Part shown: positions 1-7,004 of the stretch, piece after piece
Layout: the number at the start of each line of letters is the position of its first letter
Position numbering within the stretch: position 1 is the first letter of the stretch
Program-made: the position numbers and the translations under genes
The notes under the pieces: generated by a model
Database searches by the model: none
The model's input: the letters and a program-made list of their open reading frames with translations, nothing else
What the model was told of the DNA's origin: nothing
Origin: an uncultured Anaerolineae bacterium
GTDB lineage: Bacteria > Chloroflexota > Anaerolineae > Fen-1058
Length of the DNA stretch: 64,000 nt
Direction: 5' to 3'
Assembly: GCA_964651475.1 (NCBI GenBank)
Contig: CAZYXV010000018.1
Span: 11,474 to 75,473 of the forward strand

Positions 1-346
1 ATTCGGCGCAGCGCCGGCGCGCCAACTCTTCGAGCATGTCCACATACTCGACGCCCATGTAGTAACGCGGGCTGCCGCCGCGGCGATAGTAGGCCAGCGC
101 CTCGTCATAGTTCAGAATCGTCTCGACGCTTCGCCCGCGCCGGCGCGGGTCAGGGTAGCCTTCAGCATAGATATTTTGAAACACGCTGCCCTCCGCTTCC
201 AGCACCGCCTCGGCGGCGTCGGATTCTGAGGGGATCATGATGAGCTTGCGCGTCTGCCGTTCGGCTTCGCAAGCAATCAACTCGGCAACATCTGGGTCCA
301 TCTGGACCAGATCGCCGTGGAACAAGAAATCATCACAAGTTGCCAT
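1..346 (-). CDS. glyA: Serine hydroxymethyltransferase-like protein, N-terminal part (runs off the left edge); paralogue of the SHMT domain at 2498..5737
   Basis: Not in the ORF track; hand translation from ATG at 346 (RBS CAGGAGAAAG) gives MATCDDFLFHGDLVQMDPDVAELIACEAERQTRKLIMIPSESDAAEAVLEAEGSVFQNIYAEGYP...YYRRGGSPRYYMGVEYVDMLEELARRRCAE, which aligns end to end with the N-terminus of the 1079-aa protein. Confidence 0.85.
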   Translation of the reverse strand, partial: MATCDDFLFHGDLVQMDPDVAELIACEAERQTRKLIMIPSESDAAEAVLEAEGSVFQNIYAEGYPDPRRRGRSVETILNYDEALAYYRRGGSPRYYMGVEYVDMLEELARRRCAE

Positions 347-436
347 CACACTTTCTCCTGATATCCAATGGTACACATCCTTATCAACCCACAAATCATC
401 GGCGTAGAATTTGCGCCAACGAGTAGAGTTGTCCAC

Positions 437-477
437 AAAAAGACGCCGCCCCCAAATTGAATGGTGGGAGCAGCGCC
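437..477 (-). terminator. Intrinsic terminator-like hairpin in the leader of the glyA paralogue
   Basis: Minus strand GGCGCTGCTCCC-loop-GGGGGCGGCGTC followed by TTTTT. Confidence 0.7.
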
Positions 478-494
478 ATCTACAAGCCAGAGAA

Positions 495-523
495 AGTATA
501 AATCAGATTTTACATCGCGTCAA
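495..523 (-). promoter_or_regulatory. Sigma70-type promoter
   Basis: Minus strand TTGACG-N17-TATACT. Confidence 0.7.
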
Positions 524-559
524 GTAAGCATCTCATCCCCCATCCAACACGACCCGCCC

Positions 560-1720
560 TCATCGTTGCCGCGCGGGTGAGACCTGCAATTCCACCAGGT
601 TCATCCCCTCCATCGCCTGAATAATGTGCGCCGTCGTCAGCGGATCAAAGGTCTTGTCGGCAGAAGAGAAATAGTACCCACCCGTGCGGCGATCCCACAA
701 CATCATCAAAGCGCCGGGCGTATCTACCAGCCCCGGTGTCCAATCCGATAGCGTTTCGCGCAGAGCGTAAAGCGCCTGGAGCGCTCGCGCCGTCGGGCTG
801 CCAGTGGTGACAATGGTTCGGGTTTCCTGGTCAGGAAAGCCGCCATACTTGTTCTGCGCCCGGCGCAGATAGGGCAGCGCCGCGCGCGCGCTGTCAATTT
901 CGCCTGCCGCCGCCAACGCCTGCACAACCAGGGCAGTGGTATACACGTCTGCCCCGCCCGACGCCAGGCTGCCATCTCGCGCCCAGGCGTCATTGCCATT
1001 TTTCTTGGCCGCAAGCAATTCCACCGCGCTGGTGGGGATCGGTTCCGCCGCGCTGTGGAGGGCCAGCATCGCGTAAGCGTGAACGTCCAGGGCCGCGCCG
1101 AACTGGCCGCTCTGGCGGTTTTGCCGGGCCTCGAGCGCGGTCACCAGGTTTCGACCGGCAAAAGCGCGCGGGTTTTGCCCGGAGGCGACGGCCGCCATGA
1201 TGACGCAGCTCAACCGTTCAGCATCCGCAACGCGCCCGGCCCGCACCTGCGCCGCCAGGTAATCTAACGGTGATTGCCTGGCCTTGTTCACCCACAACGC
1301 CGGATCCGCGCCGCCGGCCACAGCCGCCAAAATCACCTCGGCGGTCAGGCATACTTCGCTCACACGAGCAGACGGAGAGCGCCTGTCATCCTTGTTGCGA
1401 ACGTCAAGCCGCCTGCTCGTAATACTGCCGGCCAGAAAGCGTTCGTACAAGCGCGCGGTAGCCAATGCATCCGTCGGCCACATCCAATGACCTGAATCGG
1501 GCAGCCTGGGCACGTCAACGTGCGGAATGTCCATAGGGGGCAGATTGGGGTTTGCAATGGGAGGCATATCGGGATTGCTGGGAGTGGGGTCAGGGCGCTT
1601 CACGGGCGAAATGGGCGATACAAACATTCCGTTACCTGATGGCGCCGCGTACAACTGCATCGCCAACACATTGCCTATCACAAGAACCAAAACAAACAAG
1701 GGTAAAGCCTTGGCCTTCAT
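560..1720 (-). CDS. Secreted prenyltransferase/squalene-oxidase-repeat (alpha/alpha toroid) protein
   Basis: RBS CAGGAGG before MKAKALPLFVLVLVIGNVLAMQLYAA (signal peptide); Pro-rich linker; QW-like repeats QNRQSGQF, AQNKYGGF, WDRRTGGY; ADVYTTALVVQAL. Confidence 0.65.
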   Translation of the reverse strand: MKAKALPLFVLVLVIGNVLAMQLYAAPSGNGMFVSPISPVKRPDPTPSNPDMPPIANPNLPPMDIPHVDVPRLPDSGHWMWPTDALATARLYERFLAGSITSRRLDVRNKDDRRSPSARVSEVCLTAEVILAAVAGGADPALWVNKARQSPLDYLAAQVRAGRVADAERLSCVIMAAVASGQNPRAFAGRNLVTALEARQNRQSGQFGAALDVHAYAMLALHSAAEPIPTSAVELLAAKKNGNDAWARDGSLASGGADVYTTALVVQALAAAGEIDSARAALPYLRRAQNKYGGFPDQETRTIVTTGSPTARALQALYALRETLSDWTPGLVDTPGALMMLWDRRTGGYYFSSADKTFDPLTTAHIIQAMEGMNLVELQVSPARQR

Positions 1721-2064
1721 GGTTTCCTCCTGTAACATACCTGGCTCATCCAATGCTCAAAGGCTGACTTGAGCACTATGCAGCGCTTTTAGCAAAACGC
1801 GGCGCGCCTTGCCGCTTGCTCATATTTTATCATACTCCTGCGCGCCACACAATACCCAAAACTCTAGCAGCCTGCCGGCGTCCCTATGCCAGCCCCACTC
1901 AACGCGCCCGCTCTTGCAGATACGCGTTGATACGTCGCCAGATGCAACAGCGCCCGGCACAAGTTGTATCGGGCGCTGCTGTGAATGAGGGACAATATTG
2001 GGGTGAGAGAGCAATTGAACTATCAAGTTGCAGCCATGCTTCCCACACTCAGATTGCTTGATGG

Positions 2065-2277
2065 TCATGCATGTGTGGGCTTGCGCGTTGGAAAACTTTG
2101 CACAGGACTCCAAAACTTGTACCGGATCACCAGGTGTGCCATGTTGTCAATCTGGGTGTCCGATATATCCGCACCTTCCTGGAGTTCATGCAAGACCTCG
2201 TCACGCATGTCCCTCAAGACCTGGAACGTCAGCTCGTCGAGTGGAGCTGTCGTCTGTGTCGGCCGAGGGTTGCCCAT
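2065..2277 (-). CDS. Small hypothetical protein (70 aa) under riboswitch-like control
   Basis: Strong RBS GGGAGGTGAG before ATG (MGNPRPTQTTAPLDELTFQVLRDMRDEVLHELQEG...); lies directly downstream of a promoter, aptamer and terminator. Confidence 0.6.
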   Translation of the reverse strand: MGNPRPTQTTAPLDELTFQVLRDMRDEVLHELQEGADISDTQIDNMAHLVIRYKFWSPVQSFPTRKPTHA

Positions 2278-2326
2278 ATCTCTCACCTCCCTTCTTTGAA
2301 AATGAGAATTGACCTCGCCGTAGAGC

Positions 2327-2361
2327 AAAAAAGCTTCTACCCCTAACCTCAGGTAGAAGCT
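2327..2361 (-). terminator. Intrinsic terminator (riboswitch expression platform)
   Basis: Perfect 10-bp stem AGCTTCTACC / GGTAGAAGCT followed by a T tract; its 5' arm is the 3' strand of the aptamer. Confidence 0.85.
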
Positions 2362-2431
2362 ATCAGTCATCGGGATGGCGTTGGCGGGCACGGCGTGCCT
2401 GATGCCCGCTCACTGGCGAGCCTCACCACCT
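2353..2431 (-). ncRNA. Fluoride riboswitch (crcB motif)-like aptamer
   Basis: Minus strand AGGTGGTGAGGCTCGCCA...AACGCCATCCCGATGACTGATAGCTTCTAC. P1 is GGUG/CGCC; pseudoknot GAGGCU/AGCUUC; AAC-GC..AC-UGAU core; terminal CUAC; extra hairpin GCGGGCA/TGCCCGC in J1/2. Confidence 0.75.
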
Positions 2432-2437
2432 ACATAG

Positions 2438-2467
2438 ATTATAAACCCATTCTAGCTTGCAAGTCAA
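2438..2467 (-). promoter_or_regulatory. Sigma70 promoter of the riboswitch leader
   Basis: TTGACT-N18-TATAAT, ending about 7 nt before the aptamer's first nucleotides. Confidence 0.75.
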
Positions 2468-2497
2468 GAGCCAAATCAAGGCGTCAACAAGCCATGC

Positions 2498-5400
2498 CTA
2501 GTCGTGTGCGGGCGGCGGCGCAACGGCCCGCCTTCTTTCTGGAAAGCGCCGCAGCACAATCGCCTCGACGTGCAGCAGCACGCGATCCCCCATGCTCAAT
2601 TCGGGCTTGGGCTTTTCGGCCTGCGGCTTTTCAGGCAGCACGAAAATGCCGATGGGCGTTCCTTCTTTGTTGTATTTCATATCCACAATCGCCAACCCAA
2701 GCAGGTATCCTTCGGAATCTATCGAGCAGCTGGTCACATTGCCGATCACCTGGCCTTGCTTGTTAACCACAGGCGCGCCTGTGTTGGGGCGGCGGACGCC
2801 TTTTTGGTTCATGCGCCAGCGGACCACTTCCCGCTTGCGGTTCAGGTCGCGCGCCAGCAGCACATCGCGCCCGACGAAGAAGGGCTTGTGATACTTGACG
2901 TAACCCGGAAAGCCGGCCTCGGCCGGACTGATGTCGAACGGGCCGACCAATTCGTGCCCATACAGCGGCAAGCCGGCCTCGGTGCGCGTGCTGTCGCGCG
3001 CGGCCAATCCGCACGGCTTGAGTCCAAAGGGTTTGCCCTTTTCCAGCAGCATGGTCCAAAAAGCCACTTGCTGGTCAGGATGGACGAACAACTCGAATCC
3101 CACATCCTCGCCAGTGTAGCCGGTACGCGCGGCGATGACGGGGATATTGCCCAGCACCACCTCAATCAAGTCGGTGCGGCGCACGCGCGCCAATGCAAAG
3201 CGAGTAGCCGCGTCGTCCGTGCAGGCTTGCAAGATAGCAATCGAGGCCGGGCCTTGCAGCGCCACATCGCGCAACTGCCGCGAACCTTCTGCGGGGTTCT
3301 TGAGATTGCGCAAGACAGCCGGCGCTTCTACCCTGAGCCAGGGACGTTGGCGGTCAATGCTCACGCGCCCTTCGTTGACAGCGTTCAGCCAATCCCAGTC
3401 TTTATCTTCGTTGGAAGCGTTGACGACCACCAGGAAAAGATCCGCGCGGCGGCGGTAAATCATCAAGTCGTCAATCGGCTTGCCGTCGGGATCGAGCAGG
3501 TAAGCATAAGCCGACTGCCCATCGTCTAGCCAGTGAGCATAGTTGGAAATCACCGTATCGAGGAAAGTAATGGCGTTCGGGCCGGCGACCTCGAAGCAGC
3601 CCATGTGGCTCACGTCGAACAACCCCGCCGCCTGCCGCACGGCCGCGTGTTCCTCGCTCACACTGGTGTACCACACGGGCATCTCCCAGCCGGCAAAGGG
3701 AATGACCTTGCCGCCCAGTTGCTTGTGAATCTCGAACAGCGCCGTGCGTTTGAGCGGCGCATCGCCTGGCTCGGCCCAACTCCACTCCGGTAAAGTGACA
3801 GGTGGAAGGCCTAAAGTAGAAAGCGACAAGTGAGCCTGCCCAACGAAATAGGGCTTGGTCAGATCAAAACGGTCGGGATATTTGCGCAGCAGGTCGTTCC
3901 CGTCAGCGCCCGGCTCTGCGGCGTCGTCTAGCTTGATGTTGGATATTGGATGTTCGGTATTTTCATCAATCGTCACCGGGCCTTGAACTTTGCGGAACAC
4001 ATCCGCGTCGTCGAACAACACGTAACCATCCGCCAGGCCGCGCAGCCAGGCTTGCACCCGTTCGGCGGGCGCGCTCCCGACGTGCAACACGTAACGGTCG
4101 CGCTTGTGCTCGTCCGGCTCGATCCGCGCAAGCGCCACATCGGCCATCAACTTGCCCGCGCGGTCCAGCAAAAAGGTGCGGGTGGTTTGGCCCGCTTCGA
4201 GGCCGGCCAGGTTGCTCGTGCAGATTTCTTGCACGAATGGCCGCGCCCGCCAGCCCCTGATTTCTAACGTGACGAGTGACGAGTGACGAGTGACGAGTGA
4301 CGCTTCACGGTCAAAGTCAATGCCGGCCTTGTCCGCCAATGCAGCAACGTGCTTCTTGGCAGCTTCCAGAACGTCCACGTCAATCTTGCCGCGCGGCAAC
4401 TCGCCGGCCAGGCCCTGGTAGGCAAAAGGCTGAATGCCGGTGAGCACGTGATGAACCACGTCGGCAATCGCGCCCATATCCTCCGCCGCCAGGCCGCGTT
4501 GGCTGACCCACGGCGTGCCAAAGCGGATGCCGCTGGCCAGCGCCGTCTTGGTATCGCCCGGAATGGTATTTTTGTTGACCACGATGCCGGCCAGGTCGAG
4601 GAGGCGCGCCGCCATCTCGCCGCGCAACGGAAAGCCCGCGCGGCTCTTGACGGCGCTCACGTTCACCAGCACAATGTGCGTATCGGTGCCGCCGTAGACC
4701 AGCTTGAGCCCGCGCGCCTGGAACGCATCGGCCAGCGCCCTGGCGTTTTCCACCGTGCGCACCTGCAACTGCTTGAACTGCTCCGCCCGGGCCAACTTGC
4801 ACGCCACGGCGATGGCGGCGAATTTGTTGACGTGCGGCCCGCCCTGCGCGCCGGGGAACACCGCCATGTCAATCAGACTGGCCTTGTCTTCGTCGGTGGT
4901 GAGAATCACCGCGCCGCGCGGCCCGCCCAGGGTCTTGTGCGTGGTGAACACCACCACGTCGGCAATGCCAATCGGGGTGGGGTACACACCGCCAATGACC
5001 AATCCGGCAGTGTGGGCAATGTCGGCCATCAGCAGCGCGCCGGCGGCGTCGGCAATCTGGCGAAAGCGCGCCCAATCCGGCGCCCACGAGTACGACGTGT
5101 AGCCGGCGACGATGACGCGCGGGCGATATTTGAGCGCCAGTTCCATGATCTGGTCGTAATCCAGTTTTTCCGTCTTGGGGTCAACGCCGTAAGAAACAAC
5201 TTTGTAACGCTTGCCGGAGATGTTGAACTCGCTGCCGTGCGTCAGGTGGCCGCCCTGGAACAGGTCCAGCCCCATCAACGTATCGCCAGCCTGCATGAAC
5301 GTATCGTAAACCGCCAGATTGGCCGCCGACCCGGAAAGCGCCTGCACGTTGGCGCGAATCGCTTCGGCGGGGACAGACGGAGTGGCAAAACACTCGGCCA

Positions 5401-5737
5401 CGCGCCGGCCAGCCAATGCCTCGACAATATCCACGTAATCCACGCCCTTGTAAAAGCGGCGGTCGGAATAGCGGCGATAGTAGGCCAGTTGGTGCGCGTC
5501 GTCCGAAAGCAGCGCCTCGGATTCGCGCGTGGCGCGCAATGGCGGGTAGCCTTCGGCGTATACGTTTTGAAACACCGAACCGAGCGCCTGCCGCACGGCC
5601 AGCGGCGCGTAACTTTCGGAGGGAATCATGATGAGCTTGCGCGCCTGGCGATCAGCCTCGCCTTCGATCAAATGGGCGACGTAAGGATCAAGCTCCTCGA
5701 TATCGCCGCGGAAAAGAAAATCATCGTATTCGGACAT
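2498..5737 (-). CDS. glyA: Fusion: serine hydroxymethyltransferase + partial GcvT-like domain + complete glycine-cleavage aminomethyltransferase T
   Basis: SHMT motifs YAEGYP, GGHLTHG, TTHKTLGGPRG (PLP Lys), GAQGGP, VNKNTIPGD, SGIRFGT. Then LEIRG...FLLDRAGKLMADV (GcvT-N-like). Then KRTALF..H..LGGKVIPFAGWEMPVWY, GLFDVSHMG, ARTGYTGEDVGFE, GLAARDSTRTEAGLPLYGHE. Confidence 0.92.
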   Translation of the reverse strand: MSEYDDFLFRGDIEELDPYVAHLIEGEADRQARKLIMIPSESYAPLAVRQALGSVFQNVYAEGYPPLRATRESEALLSDDAHQLAYYRRYSDRRFYKGVDYVDIVEALAGRRVAECFATPSVPAEAIRANVQALSGSAANLAVYDTFMQAGDTLMGLDLFQGGHLTHGSEFNISGKRYKVVSYGVDPKTEKLDYDQIMELALKYRPRVIVAGYTSYSWAPDWARFRQIADAAGALLMADIAHTAGLVIGGVYPTPIGIADVVVFTTHKTLGGPRGAVILTTDEDKASLIDMAVFPGAQGGPHVNKFAAIAVACKLARAEQFKQLQVRTVENARALADAFQARGLKLVYGGTDTHIVLVNVSAVKSRAGFPLRGEMAARLLDLAGIVVNKNTIPGDTKTALASGIRFGTPWVSQRGLAAEDMGAIADVVHHVLTGIQPFAYQGLAGELPRGKIDVDVLEAAKKHVAALADKAGIDFDREASLVTRHSSLVTLEIRGWRARPFVQEICTSNLAGLEAGQTTRTFLLDRAGKLMADVALARIEPDEHKRDRYVLHVGSAPAERVQAWLRGLADGYVLFDDADVFRKVQGPVTIDENTEHPISNIKLDDAAEPGADGNDLLRKYPDRFDLTKPYFVGQAHLSLSTLGLPPVTLPEWSWAEPGDAPLKRTALFEIHKQLGGKVIPFAGWEMPVWYTSVSEEHAAVRQAAGLFDVSHMGCFEVAGPNAITFLDTVISNYAHWLDDGQSAYAYLLDPDGKPIDDLMIYRRRADLFLVVVNASNEDKDWDWLNAVNEGRVSIDRQRPWLRVEAPAVLRNLKNPAEGSRQLRDVALQGPASIAILQACTDDAATRFALARVRRTDLIEVVLGNIPVIAARTGYTGEDVGFELFVHPDQQVAFWTMLLEKGKPFGLKPCGLAARDSTRTEAGLPLYGHELVGPFDISPAEAGFPGYVKYHKPFFVGRDVLLARDLNRKREVVRWRMNQKGVRRPNTGAPVVNKQGQVIGNVTSCSIDSEGYLLGLAIVDMKYNKEGTPIGIFVLPEKPQAEKPKPELSMGDRVLLHVEAIVLRRFPERRRAVAPPPAHD
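3935..3962. repeat. Degenerate heptamer tandem repeat in the second linker of the SHMT-GcvT fusion
   Basis: GATGTTG GATATTG GATGTTC GGTATTT (encodes NTEHPISNI). Confidence 0.5.
4269..4302. repeat. Perfect heptamer tandem repeat (GTGACGA) x4.9 within the fusion linker
   Basis: GTGACGA repeated; encodes SLVTRHSSLVT at the SHMT/GcvT-like junction. Confidence 0.9.
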
Positions 5738-5765
5738 AGAGTGCTCCTTTTATTGCTCCTGCGTC

Positions 5766-6932
5766 CTACATCTTTGCCACAGCTTCCTTTATCCACCCCA
5801 GCGCCTTGTTGATATTTTCCAGCGAATTGGCATACGACAGGCGCAGGTAACCTTCGCCATAACTGCCAAAGGACGTGCCCGCCAGCGCCGCCACTCCGGC
5901 TTCGTACAGCAAATAATCGGCGATCTCTTTGGAGGTCTTGCCGAACTTTTTAATATTTGGAAAGACGTAAAACGCTCCCTTGGGTACAAGGCAGCTCATG
6001 CCGGGGATGTCGTTCAGTCCAGCCACGATAGCATCGCGGCGGCGGCGGAACTCGGCCACCATCTGCGCAGATTCACTCTGGTCGCCCGTGAGCGCCGCCT
6101 TGCCCGCCATCTGCGTAAAGGCCGCCGTGCAGGAGTTGGAATTAGTCATCAACTTGGTCATCCAGCCGGCCAGTTCGGGATTCGCCACGCCATAGCCCAG
6201 CCGCCAACCGGTCATGGCATAGGTCTTGCTAAAGCCATCCAGAATAATCGTGCGTTCTTGCATCCCCGGCAACTGCGTGATGCTGAAATGCTCACCTTCG
6301 TAAATCATACGCGAATAGATTTCGTCGGATAGCACATAGCAATCGTATTTCAGCGCCATCTCGGCCACAGCTTCCAGATCGGTCTTGCTCATCACGCCGC
6401 CGCAGGGATTGCCGGGCGAGTTGATGATGATAAGCTTGGTCTTGGGCGTGACCAGGCTCTTGAACTCGTCAATACTAAAGCTAAATTCATTCTCCTCGCG
6501 CAGAGGCAGCGGCACGGCCATACCGCCCATGAACTGAATCATGCTCTCATAAATGGGAAAGCCGGGATTGGGATAAATGACCTCTTCGCCCTCGTTGACC
6601 AGCGCCATGATGGCGTAAAACATGATGGGTTTGCCGCCCGGCACCACCACCACGTTTTCAGGCCTGACGGGGATGCCGCGCGTTTCGGCGATGTAATCCG
6701 CGATGGTCTCTCGCACCGGCATCAGGCCAGGCGAGGGTGTATAGTGCGTAAAGCCTTGATCTAGCGCGTCTTTGGCGGCCTGCTTGATGTAATTGGGCGT
6801 ATCAAAGTCCGGCTCGCCAATTTCCAGGTGAACTATCTCTTTGCCCTGCGCTTCCAGGGCCCTGGCGCGCGCCAGCACCTCAAAGGCCGTTTCGGTACCC
6901 AAACGTTGTAAGCGATCTGCAAACGGTTTCAT
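5766..6932 (-). CDS. aspC: Class I/II PLP-dependent aminotransferase (aspartate aminotransferase family)
   Basis: LEIGEPDFDTP, PNPGFPIY, INSPGNPCG, LSDEIY, LDGFSKTYAMTGWRLGY, GEGYLRLSYA; start taken at MKPFADRL after RBS AAGGAG. Confidence 0.85.
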   Translation of the reverse strand: MKPFADRLQRLGTETAFEVLARARALEAQGKEIVHLEIGEPDFDTPNYIKQAAKDALDQGFTHYTPSPGLMPVRETIADYIAETRGIPVRPENVVVVPGGKPIMFYAIMALVNEGEEVIYPNPGFPIYESMIQFMGGMAVPLPLREENEFSFSIDEFKSLVTPKTKLIIINSPGNPCGGVMSKTDLEAVAEMALKYDCYVLSDEIYSRMIYEGEHFSITQLPGMQERTIILDGFSKTYAMTGWRLGYGVANPELAGWMTKLMTNSNSCTAAFTQMAGKAALTGDQSESAQMVAEFRRRRDAIVAGLNDIPGMSCLVPKGAFYVFPNIKKFGKTSKEIADYLLYEAGVAALAGTSFGSYGEGYLRLSYANSLENINKALGWIKEAVAKM

Positions 6933-7004
6933 GTTTCTCTCCTTTTTAGATTTATGACAGGGTATGGGAAAGGGACACTTGTCCCTCACCTTGTCACGTT
7001 GTCA

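Noticed and set aside
360-560. Glycine or ZMP/ZTP riboswitch upstream of the glyA paralogue
   Set aside because: No glycine-aptamer (GGAGA...CCGAAG...CUCUCAGG) or pfl consensus is visible, and the leader before the hairpin is too short.
1863-1873. CTAGCAGCCTG resembling a MITE left end
   Set aside because: Only 11 bp, with no matching right end nearby.
4349-5812. 487-aa plus-strand ORF, and similar long antisense ORFs (2504..3529, 24316..25221, 28840..29814, 56864..57676, 62383..63279)
   Set aside because: Shadow frames opposite well-supported genes in GC-rich DNA; no motifs or RBS.
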